NCBI RefSeq assembly: GCF_963921235.1 | Contig: NC_086115.1 | Location: 66,528,001-66,592,000, forward strand | DNA from: Mobula hypostoma | Taxonomy: Eukaryota | Direction of reading: 5' to 3' | Length of the DNA: 64,000 nucleotides | Part shown: in pieces, positions 24,800-36,608 of the stretch | Position numbering within the stretch: position 1 is the first letter of the stretch | Layout of the letters: the number at the start of each line of letters is the position of its first letter | The notes under the pieces: model-generated | Database searches by the model: none | Told to the model about the DNA's origin: nothing | What the model saw: only the letters and a program-made list of their open reading frames with translations | Position numbers and translations under genes: made by a program

Positions 24800-26445
24800 T
24801 ATTATAGCCCATTTAGTCTGACCTCAATGGTCTGAAAAATGTTGGAGTCTACTATTAAGGATGATGTTTTGGGATACTCTGAGACTTACGATAAAATAAG
24901 TCAAAATCACATGGTTTCTGTAAAGGGAAATCTTGCCTGACAAATCTGTTAGAATCCTTCGAGGAAGTAACAAGCAGAGTGGACAAAGATCTCTTGGTAT
25001 ATATTGGTACCAATGACATAGGAAAGAAAAGTAAAGAGGTCTTGAAAAGACAATTTAGAGAGCTTGACAGGAAACTGAAAAGCAGGACCTCCCTGGTAGA
25101 AATTTCTGAAATGCTGCCAGTCCCATGTGCCAGTGAGGGTGGAAACAGGATGACTTGGCAAATTAATGTGTGACTGAGAAGCTGGTGCAGGAGACAGGGC
25201 TTCAGGTTCTTGAATCATTGGGATCTCTCCTGGGGGAGGTATGACACCTACAAAAATGATGGGTTGCACCTGAACCCGAGGAGGACCAATATTCTCACAG
25301 GCAGGTTTTTTAAAGCTGTTGGGGAGGGTTTAAACCAATTTGGCAGGGGGGTGGGAACCTGAGTGAAGGGACTCAGGATAGGACAGATGGTAAAAAAGCA
25401 AAGATAGTGTGCAGTCAGACTGTCAAGAATGGCAGGGAGACGAGACGACATTGCAGTCCTCAGGGTGAGTATCAGTGCATTAGGGGTGTCGAATCAAAAA
25501 GGGTAGTAAATACAATACTCAGAGTTATATCTCAATGCATAGAGTATAAGAAATATGGTGGATGATCTTGTTGCACTATTACAGATTGTCAGGTATGATG
25601 TTGTGGCCATCACTGAATCGTGGCTGAAGGATGGTTGTAGTTGGGAGCTGAATGTCCAAGGTTACACATTGTATTGGAGGGACAGGAAGGTAGGCAGAGG
25701 GACTGGCGTGGCTCTGCTGGTGAAAAATGGCAACAAATCAGTAGAAAGATGTGACATAGAATGGAAGATGTTGAATCCTTGTAGGTTGAGTTAAGAAACT
25801 GCAAGGGTAAAAGGACCCTGATGGCAGTTATATACAGGCTGTAACAGTAGCTGGGATATGGACCACAGATTACAACAGGAAATAGAAAAGGTGTGTCAAT
25901 GGGCAATGTTATGATAATCATGGAAGATTTCAACATGCAGGTCAATTTGGAAAATCAAGTTGGAAATGGATCTCAAAGACTGAGATTGTTGAATGCCTAT
26001 GAGATGGCTTTTTAGAGCAGTTTGCAATTGAGCCAACTAGGGAATCAACTATACTAGATTTGATGTTATGCAATGAATCAGAGGCAATCAGGGAGCTTAA
26101 CGAAAAAGAACCCTTAGGGGGCAATGATCACAATATGACTGAGTTCAACTTGAAAAATGATAGGGAAAAAGTAAAATCTGATGTAGCAGTATTTCAGTGG
26201 AGTAAAGGAAATTACAGTGGTATGAGAGAGGAGTTGGTCAAAGTAAATTGGAAGGAACTACTGGCAGGTATGACAGCAGAGCAGCAATGGCATGAGTTTC
26301 TTGGAAAAATGAGGAAGGTGCAGGATAGATGTATTCCAAAAATGAAGAAATACTCAAATGGCAAAATAGTACAACTGTGGCTGACAAGGGAAGTCAAAAC
26401 TACTGTAAAAGCAAAAGCCAGGGCATACAACAAAGCAAAAATTAA
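24800..26445 (+). mobile_element. CR1 fragments: RT piece, then ORF1 esterase, junction and EN
   Basis: VYIGTNDIGKK; DGLHLN codons; ORFs 25555..25794 and 26060..26449. Confidence 0.88.
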
Positions 26446-26449
26446 CTAA

Positions 26450-28565
26450 CCACACCATCAGTGCCTCTCACCATCTTATACACCTCTATCAACTCACCTC
26501 TCATCCTCGGTTGCTTCAAGGAGAGAGGGCCAAGTTCACTTAACCTATTTCCATAAGGCACACTCTCCAATCCAGGCAACATCCTTGTGAATCTCCTCTG
26601 CACTTTTTCCATAGTATCCATATCCTTCCTATAGTGAGGTGATCAGAACTGAACACAGTACCTGAAGTGGGGTCTGACCAAGATTATATAACTGTAACAT
26701 TACCTCACGGCTCTTGAACTCAATCCCACAGCTGATGAATGCCAACACACCATACACCGTCTTAACAACACTGTCAACCTGCTTAGCAGCTCTAGGTGTC
26801 CTATGGACACGGACCCCAAGATCTCTCTGATCATTCACAATGCCAAGAGTCTTACCATTAATATTATATTCCGCCTTCAAATTTCACACTTACCTGGTTT
26901 AAACTCTATCTGTCACTTCTCGGCCCAGTTCTGCATCCTATTGATGTCCCACTGTAACCTCTGACACCCCTCCAGACTATCTACAACACCCCCAACCTTT
27001 GTGTCATCAGCAAAATTACTAACACACTATTCTACTTTTTCATCCAAGTCATTTATAAAAATCACAAGGAGGAAGAGTCCCAGAACAGATCCCTGTGGAA
27101 CCCCACTGGTCACTGACCTCCATGCAGAACACAACCATCTACATCTATCCTTCGGCAAGCTAATTCTGCACCACAAACAGAAATAAGAGAAAATCTGCAG
27201 ATGATGGAAATCTAAGCAACACACACAAAATGCTGCAGGATCTCAGCAGGACAGGCAGCATCTATGGAAAAGAGTACAGTCAACGTTTCAGGCCAAAACC
27301 CTGGCCTGAAACGTTGATGATACTCTTTTCTGTAGCTGTCTGGCCTGCTAAGTTTCTCCAGCATTTTGTGTGTGTTGCCCTGTATCCACAAAGCAAGGTC
27401 TCCTTGGATCCCATGCCTCCTTACTTTCTGAATGACCTTAAATGGGGAACCTTATCAAATGCCTTACCAAAATCCATATACACTACATCCACTGCTCTAC
27501 CTTCATCAATGTGTTTTGTTACAACCTCAAAGAATTCAATCAGTCTCGTAAGGCATGACCTGCCCTTGACAAAACCGTGCTGACTATCCCTGATCAAATT
27601 ATGTCTCTCCAAATACTCATAAATCCTGCCTCTCAGGATCTTCTCCAACAACTTGCCCACCACTGAAGTAAGACTCACTGGTTTATAATTTCCTGGGTTA
27701 TCTGCGATCCCTTTCCTGAACAAGGGAACATCATTTGCAACCCTCCAATCTGCCAGTACTTCTCCCACCCCTATTGATGATGCAAAGATCACTGCCAGAG
27801 GCTCAGCAATCTCCTCCCTCACTTCCCACAGTAGCCTGGGGTATATCTCATCTGGTCACAGTGATTTATCTAACTTAATGCTTTTCAAAATCTCCAGTAC
27901 ATCCTTTTAGTTAATGTCTATATGCTCAAGCATTTCAGTCTACTGTAAGCCATCCCCACAATTACCAAGGTCCTTTTCCCTGGTGAATACTGAGGCAAAG
28001 TGCCTCCACTACCTCCTCCAATTCCATGCACATGTTTCCACTATCGTACTTGATTGGTCCTATTCTCACACAGCTCATCCTCTTGCTCTTCACACTCTTG
28101 TGGAATGCCTTGGGATTTTCCTTAATCCTGCTCGCCAAGGGCTTCTTGTGGCCCCTTCTAGCTCTCCTAATTTCATTCTTAAACTTCTTCCTGGCAACCT
28201 TGTAATTTTCTAGAACTCTATCAGTACCTAGTTTCTTGAATCTTTCGTAAGCTTTTCTTTTCTTCTTAGCTAGATCCTTTGTACATCCTTTGTACACCAT
28301 GATTGTTTCACCCTACCATCCTTTCCCTGCCTCAATGGAACATACCTATGCAGAATACCATGCAAATGATCCCTGAACATTTGCCACATTTCTGCCATGA
28401 ATTTCCCCGAGAATATCCGCTCCCACTTAATGCTCCCAAGTTCCTGCCTAATAGTATCATATTTCCCCCTACCCCAATTAAATATCCTTTTCCAGTGCTA
28501 TGGTAAAGGAGATAGAATTGTGATCACTACCTCCAAAATGCTCTCCCACTGAGAGATCTGACACC
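26450..28565 (-). mobile_element. CR1 linker/RT
   Basis: ORFs 27421..27822, 27027..27224 and 26629..26880. Confidence 0.88.
27178..27379. mobile_element. 202-bp hairpin PLE mini-insertion
   Basis: Inverted arms centred on caacgtttcaggcc-aaaaccct-ggcctgaaacgttg; TSD ctgcaccacaaa 27166-27177 / ctgtatccacaaa 27380-27392. Confidence 0.85.
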
Positions 28566-28915
28566 TGAATGTTGAAAGGCCTAGACAGTGCAGATGTGGA
28601 AAGGATGTTTCCCATGGTGGGGGATTCTAGGACAAAAGGACACAGCCTCGGGATAAAGGATGTCCATTCAAAACGGAGCTGCAGAGAAATTTCTTTCGCC
28701 AGTGGGTGGTGAATCTGTGGAATTTGTTACCACAGGAAGCTGTGGAAGCCAGGTTGTTGGGTGTATTTAAGGCAGAGCTTGATAGGATCTTGTTTGGATA
28801 TAGTATCAAAGGTTATGGGGAGAAGGCTGTAGAATGGGGCTCAGGAGAGGAAAATGGGATCAGCCATGATTGAACGGCCACATGGCCTAATTCTACTCCT
28901 ATGTCTTATGGTCTT
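28566..28915 (+). mobile_element. CR1 3' end
   Basis: RT C-terminal codons and cctatgtcttatggtctt tail. Confidence 0.85.
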
Positions 28916-29492
28916 TTGAAGGTGTCCTGGATGCTGGGGAGGCGGAGGCTAGTGCCCATGATGGAGCTGACTAAATTTACAACTCTCTGCAGCTTACTTC
29001 GATCCTGTGCAGTAGCCACCACCCACCCATACCAAACGGTGATACAGCCAGTTAGAATGCTCTCCACAGTACATCTGTTGAAATTTGCAAGTGTCTGTGG
29101 TGACATACCAAATCTCTTTAAACTCTCAAAGAAATATTCTTGCTGTCGTGCTTTCTTTGTGGTTGCATCGATATGTTGGATCTAGGATAGACCTCAGAGA
29201 TACTGACACTCGGGAACGTAAGATTGCATTTCCCATAGACCTGTTGCAGTGGGTCCAGGTCCTTGCTGAGACAGGAGATAATTCTAGCCATAACAAATCT
29301 CACAATGCACTTCATCACTGTGGATGTAAGTTAGCTCTTGTTGGTCACTGGTATAACCGTTGCCCTTTTGAAGCAGGTGGGAACCACCAACTAGCAATGA
29401 GAGATTCAAAATATCTTTGAACCGTCATTTGGTTGGCCCAGGTTTTCAGAACCCTACCAGGTACTCCATTAGGGCCTGTCACCTTGCGAGGT
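28916..29492 (-). mobile_element. Rex1/Babar LINE fragments
   Basis: NFNRCTVESILTGCITVWYG...KLQRVV and MKCIVRFVMARI...LDPLQ, typical Rex1 RT segments. Confidence 0.8.
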
Positions 29493-30636
29493 TACACCCC
29501 AACTCTAACCCACAGCATTAGCCCTAAAAGTTTAGCCACTCTATGACCTCTTTGACCACTTTGCACTAAAATGGACATTTTTGTTCTAATTGTGTACTTT
29601 CTTTTAAGGATAGTGTAAATTTTCTGTTTATGCTTGTCTTGTGAATACTGTTTAAATAATGCTATGTTCCTGTAACATTGCTGCAAGTTTTTTCTCATTT
29701 CCCTGATGCATACATGTATTTCTGCATGTGACAATAAACTCGACTTTGACTTTAGAAAGTGCTCATGTGGCTCTTTAGAAAGAGCCACAGATAAATACAT
29801 CAGGGAGGCAGGATCTTTGGTCCAATGTACCCATGCCAATAAAACTACCTAACTGAGCTTGTCGCTTTGGCTTGTACTTGGTCCAGATCCTTCTTAACTT
29901 TTCCTCTCCATGTACATGCCAAAATCTTTTTCTTTAATATCGTAATTGTACCTGCCTCTACCACTTCTCCTGGCAGTTTATTTCTCATGTGCTCCAGTTT
30001 CTAAGTGAAAATATCACCCCTAAGAGCTTTTGAATCTTTCTCCTTTCACTTTAAACCTTCAGCCTTCCCTGTAATTGTGGAAAAGACTGCGGCTATTCAT
30101 CTTACCTACACCCCTCATGATTTAATAAAGTCACACCTCAGTTTCTTGCACTCCAGAGGGAAAAATGTCCTCGTCTATCCAGCTATAGATTCAAGATTGT
30201 TCGCTTTTCAATATTTTTATTATTAATTTTACATATAAGCATACAGAGTACAAGAAAAAAAATGTCTATGTATTGTACTAAATCGCAAGTAAAGACTCCT
30301 TACCCTATATTCATACAGATTAATTAATTCGTAACATTGAAATATAGTAATTATATTATATAAAAAAATCCAACCCACTACCAAGACCGAAGCTGATTAG
30401 TAAAGAAAAAAAAGGAAAAAAAATTATTAGTCAGCATCTGTGCTTCAACATTAAATCAAAGGTTTTGAAAATAATTCAAAAAAGGTCCCCACAATGTTTG
30501 AAGGTCTTGGCTAGATACAGAGATTGAACATCGAATCTCCTCTAATTTTAAACATGACATTACATCACATAACCATTGAGCGTGAATAGGAGGGGACGCA
30601 TCTTTGCATTTAAGCAAGAGCGTCCTTCCGGCCATA

Positions 30637-33600
30637 ACATAGAATAGTACAGCACATTACAGGCCCTTCGGCCCACAATGTTGTGCCGACCTTCAAACCC
30701 TGCCTCCCATTTAACCCCCCACCTTAAATTCCTCCATATACCTGTCTAGTAGTCTCTTAAACTTCACTAGTGTATCTGCCTCCAACACTGACTCAGGCAG
30801 TGCATTCCACACACCAACCACTCTCTGAGTAAAAAAGCCTTCCTCTAATATCCCCCTTGAAACTAAATTCGCATGGGGCAGGGATCCAGAATGTGAGAGA
30901 GGATAGCGAGATGAAGTACAAAGGACAGGTGGGGACTACACGGTTCCGGAATATTAAGTGTGAAGTAGAGAAAGGTGAGGCAGAACGAGTGATAAGGAGG
31001 ATACATGTGCAGAGGGATGGTCTGACGGAGCATGGAGTTAAATGTGCAGAAAGAGTAAGTAAATTTAAGAAGGACAACAAAATTCAAGGGGCGTATAGCC
31101 CGGTGAGAGTTCGGGGAGCTGGGTTATGCACAATAGGCAGCGATTTAAACAGAGAGAGGAGAAATGGGTTAAAAATTCTATATCTGAATGCATGAAGTGT
31201 CAGAAATAAGGCGGATGAGCTTGAAGCTCAGGTGTGAATGGGTAACTATGATGTTGTTGGGATAACGGAGACATGGCTGCAGGGGGATCAGACCTGGGAA
31301 TTGAATGTACAAGGGTATACGTGCTATCGAAGGGACAGAAAGGTGGGCAGAGGGGGTGGTGTGACCCTGTTGGTGAGGAATGAGATTCAGTCCCTTGCAA
31401 GGGGGGACATAGAATCAGGAGAAGTAGAGTCAGTGTGGATAGAACTGAGGAACAGTAAGGGCAAAAAGACCCTAATAGGTGTTATCTACAGGCCCCCAAA
31501 CAGTAGCATGGATATTGGGTGCAAGTTGAATAGGGCGTTAACAATGGCATGTGACAAAGGAAATGTCGCAGTAGTTATGGGGGATTTCAACATGCAGGTG
31601 AACTGGGAAAATCAGGTTGGTACTGGACCCCAGGATAGGGAGTTTGTAGAGTGCCTATGGGATGCATTTTTGGAGCAGTTTGTACGAGAGCCGACCAGGG
31701 ATGAGGCTATTCTGGATTTAGTGTTGTGCAATGAACAGGATTTGATAAGTGATCTTGAAGTAAAGGAGCCATTAGGAGGTAGTGACCATAATATGGTAAG
31801 TTTTTATCTGCAAGTTGAGAGGGATAAGGGCAGATCAGAAGTGTCAGTATTGCAGTTGAACAAAGGAGACTATGGAGCCATGAGGGAGGAGCTGGCCAAA
31901 GTTGACTGGTCGGATATCCTAGCAGAAAAGACAGTGGAACAGCAATAGCAGGTATTCTTGGGAATAATGCACAAGGTGCAAAATCAGTTCATCCCCTGGA
32001 GAAGGAAGGATTCAAAAGGGGGAAAGTGGCCACAGTGGTTAACAAAGAAAGTCAGAGATAGCATAGCATTAAAAAAGAAGTATAACAGAGCTAAGGTGAG
32101 TGGGAAGATGGATGATTGGGAAATTTTTAAGGAGGATCAGAACTTAACTAAAAAGGCAATACGGGGAGAAAAAATGAGGTATGAACGCAAGCTAGCTAGG
32201 AATATAAAGGAGGATAGCAAAAGTTTTTTTAAGTATGTGAAGAGAAGGAAGATAGTTAAGAACAATGTTGGGCCCTTGAAGAATGAATTGGGAGAAATTG
32301 TTATGGGAAACAGAGAAATGGCAGACGAATTTAATAAGTACTTTGGATCTGTCTTCACTAGGGAAGACACAAGCAATCTCCCAGATGTATGGATGGGCCA
32401 AGGACATAGGGTAACAGAGGAACTGAAACAGATTGACATTAGGAAGGAAACGGTGATGAGTAGACTGATGGGACTGAAGGCTAACAAATCCCCAGGTCCA
32501 GATGGTCTGCATCCTAGGGTACTAAAGGAGGTGGCTCTGGAAATTGCGGATGCATTGGTGATCATTTTCCAATGTTCCTTAGATTCAGGGTCAGTTCCTG
32601 AGGATTGGCGAATGGCTAATGTTATCTCACTTTTTAAGAAAGGAGGGAGGGAGAAAACAGACAACTATCGCCCTGTTAGCCTAACATCAGTAGTGGGGAA
32701 GATGCTAGAGTCCATTATTAAAGATGAAATAGCAGCATATCTTGATAGCAGTGATAGGATTGGGCCGAGCCAGCATGGATTTACCAAGGGCAAATCATGC
32801 TTGACTAATCTATTGGAGTTTTTCGAGGATGTAACCAGGAAGATAGACGCGGGAGATCCAGTGGATGTGGTGTACCTTGACTTTCAGAAGGCATTTGATA
32901 AGGTACCACATAGGAGATTGGTGAGTAAAATCAGACCTCATGGCATTGGGGGGAGGATATTGACATGGATAGAAAACTGGTTGGCAGATAGAAAGCAAAG
33001 GGTAGCAGTGAATGGGTGTTTCTCGGAATGGCAGGTGGTGACCAGTGGGGTGCCACAGGGCTCGGTATTGGGACCACAGCTGTTTACAATTTACATCAAT
33101 GATTTAGAGGAAGGCATTGTGAATAACATCAGCAAGTTTGCTGATGATACTAAGCTGGGTGGCAGTGTGACATGTGATGAGGATGTTAGGAGAATTCAAG
33201 GTGACTTGGATAGGCTGGGTGAGTGGGCAGAAACTTGGCAGATGGCGTTTAATGTGAATAAGTGTGAGGTTATTCACTTTGGGAGCAAGAACAGGAAGGC
33301 AGATTATTATCTGAACGGTGTGGAGTTAGGTAAGGGAGAAATACAAAGAGATCTAGGAGTACTTGTTCATCAGTCTCTGAGGGTGAATGAGCAAGTGCAG
33401 CAGGCAGTGAAGAAGGCTAATGGAATGTTGGCCTTTATTACAAAGGGAATTGAGTACAAGAGCAAGGAAATCCTTTTGCATTTGTACAGGGCCCTGGTGA
33501 GACCACACCTGGAGTATTGTGTGCAGTTTTGGTCTCCAGGATTAAGGAAGGACATCCTGGCTGTGGAGGAGGTGCAGCGTAGGTTCACTAGGTTAATTCC

Positions 33601-35441
33601 TGGGATGTCCGGACTGTCTTACGCAGAAAGGTTAGAGAGACTGGGTTTGTACAGGCTGGAATTAAGGAGATTGAGGGGGAATCTGATTGAGACATATAAG
33701 ATTATTAAGGGATTGGACAAGATAGAGGCAGGAAATACGTTCCAGATGCTGGGAGAGTCCAGTACCAGAGGGCATGGTTTAAGAATAAGGGGTAGGTCAT
33801 CTAGGACAGAGTTGAGGAGGAACTTCTTCTCCAAGAGAGTTGTGGAGGTGTGGAACGCGCTGCCTCAGAAGGCAGTGGAGGCCAATTCTCTGGATGCTTT
33901 CAAGAAGGAGCTAGATAGGTATCTTATGGATAGGGGAATCAAGGGTTACGGGGACAAGGCAGGAACCGGGTATTGATAGTAGATGATCAGCCATGATCTC
34001 AGAATGGCGGTGCAGGCTCGAAAAGCCGAATGGTCTACTTCTGCACCTATTGTCTATTGTCTATTGAATTTCCCACCCCTTACCTTAAAGCCATGTTCTC
34101 TTGTATTGACCAGTGGTGCCCTGGGGAAGAGGCGCTGGCTATCCACGCTATCTATTCCTCTTAATATCTTGTGTACCTCTATCATGTCTCCTCTCATCAT
34201 CCTTCTCTCCAAAGAGTAAAGCCCTAGCTCCCTTAATCTCTGATCATAATGCATACTCTCTAAACCAGGCAGCATCCTGGTAAATCTCCTCTGTACCCTT
34301 TCCAATGCTTCCACATCATTCCTATAATGAGGCGACCAGAACTGGACACAGTACTCCAAGTGTGGCCTAACCAGAGTTTTATAGAGCTGCATCATTACAT
34401 CGCGACTCTTAAACTCTATCCCTCAACTTATGAAAGCTAACACCCCATAAGCATTCTTAACTACCCTATCTACCTGTGAGGCAACTTTCAGGGATTTGTG
34501 GACATGTATCCCCAGATCCCTCTGCTCCTCCACACTACCAAGTATCCTGCCATTTACTTTGTACTCTGCCTTAGAGTTTGTCCTTCCAAAGTGTACCACC
34601 TCACATTTCTCCGGGTTGAACTCCATCTGCCACTTCTCAGCCCACTTCTGCGTCCTATCAATGTCTCTCTGCAATCTTTGACAATCCTCTACACTATCTA
34701 CAACACCGCCAACCTTTGTGTCATCTGCAAACTTGTCAACCCATCCTTCTACCCCGACATCCAGGTCGTTAATAAAAATCATGAAAAGTAGAGGTCCCAG
34801 AACAGATCCTTGTGGGACACCACTAGTCACAACCCTCCAATCTGAATGTACTCCCTCCATCACGACCCTCTGCCTTCTGCAGGCAAGCCAATTCTGAATC
34901 CACCTGGCCAAACTTCCGTGGATCCCAAGTCTTCTTACTTTCTGAATAAGCCTACCATATGGAATAGCCTTGTCAAATGCCTTATTAAAATCCATGTAGA
35001 TCACATCCACTGCACTACCCTCATCTATATGCCTGGACACCTCCGCAGAGAACTCTATCAGGCTTGTTAGACATGATCTGCCCATCATAAAGCCATGCTG
35101 ACCGTCTCTGATCAGACCATGATTCTCTAAATGCCCATAGATCCTATCTCTAAGAATCTTTTCCAACAGCTTTCCCACCACAGACGTAAGGCTCACTGGT
35201 CTATAATTACCTGGACTATCCCTACTACCTTTTTTGATCAAAGGGACAACATTCGCCTCCCTCCGATCCTCTGGCACCATTCCCATGGACAACGAGGACA
35301 TAAAGATCCTGGCCAGAAGCTCAGCAATCTCTTCTCTCGCCTCGTGGAGCAGCCGGGGGAATATTCCGTCAGGCCGCAGGGACTTATCCGTCCTAATGTA
35401 TTTTAACAACTCCAACACCTCCCCTCCCTTAATATCAACAT
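30637..35441 (-). mobile_element. Young CR1 (RT to tail) inside the L1, split by another CR1
   Basis: ORFs 34423..35418 and 34054..34395; tail at 30637-30856; same subfamily as 22024-24341. Confidence 0.92.
30862..34063 (+). mobile_element. CR1 with nearly intact ORF2 (three stops, no frameshift)
   Basis: ORFs 30857..31195, 31238..31948 and 31958..33976 share one frame; (ctattgt)n tail; TSD ttgaa 30857-30861 / 34064-34068. Confidence 0.96.
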
Positions 35442-35627
35442 GCCAATATAAGAGAAATAAAAGTCAAAATGTGCAAGTCAGATGACTCCAAAATAATATA
35501 CTTTCCTCCAACAATACCAAATAAAGCGGTGAAAGGATTAGGCTTAAAGTTTACTTTGAAAAGTATCGAGAAAGGTTGAAATACTTCTTTCCAATATTTT
35601 CCAATACTCGGGCATATCCAAAACATA

Positions 35628-36608
35628 GAAAATAGGTGCAGGAGTAGGCCATTCGGCCCTTCGAGCCTGCACCGCCATTCAGTATGTTCATGGCTGATCA
35701 TCCAACTCAGAACCCTGTACCAGCCTTCCCTCCATACCCACTGATCCCTTTAGCCCCAAGGGCCATATCTAACTCCCTCTTAAATATAGCCAATGAACTG
35801 GCCTCAACTGTTTCCTGTGGCAGAGAATTCCACAGATTCACCACTCTCTGTGTGAAGAAATTTTTCCTAATCTCGGTCCTAAAAGGCTTCCCCTTTATCC
35901 TCAAACTGTGACCCCTCATTCTGGACCCCACCAACATCGGGAACAATCTTCCTGCATCTAGCCTGTCCAATCCCTTTAGGATTTTATACGTTTCAATCAG
36001 ATCCCCCCTCAATCTTCTAAGTTCCAATGAGTATAAGCCTAGTTCATCCAGTCTTTCATCATATGAAAGTCCTGCCATCCCAGGAATCAATCTGGTGAAC
36101 CTTCTTTGTACTCCCTCTATGGCAAGGATGTCATTCCTCAGATTAGGGGACCAAAACTGCACACAATACTCCAGGTGTGGTCTCACCAAGGCCTTGTACA
36201 ACTGCAGTAGTACCTCCCTGCTCCTGTACTAGAATCCTCTTGCTATGAATGCCAGCATACCATTCGCCTTTTTCACCGCCTGCTGTACCTGCATGCCCAC
36301 TTTCAATGACTGGTGTACAATGACACCCAGGTCTCGTTGCACCTCCCCTTTTCCTGATCGGCCACCATTCAGATAATAATCTGTTTTCCTGTTTTTGCCA
36401 CCAAAGTGGATAACTTCACATTTATCCACATTAAATTGCATCTGCCATGAATTTGCCCACCCACCCAACCTATCCAAGTCACCCTGCATCCTCTTAGCAT
36501 CCTCCTCACAGCTAACACTGCCACCCAGCTTCATGTCATCCGCAAACTTGGAGATGCTGCATTTAATTCCCTCATCCAAGTCAATAATATATATTGACTA
36601 ATATATAT
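35628..36608 (-). mobile_element. Young 5'-truncated CR1 inside the L1
   Basis: ORFs 36229..36579 and 35707..36201; TSD aaacata 35621-35627 / 36609-36615. Confidence 0.93.

Noticed and set aside
32137..33834. Antisense ORFs over CR1 ORF2
   Set aside because: Shadow frames of the RT coding strand with no independent motifs.
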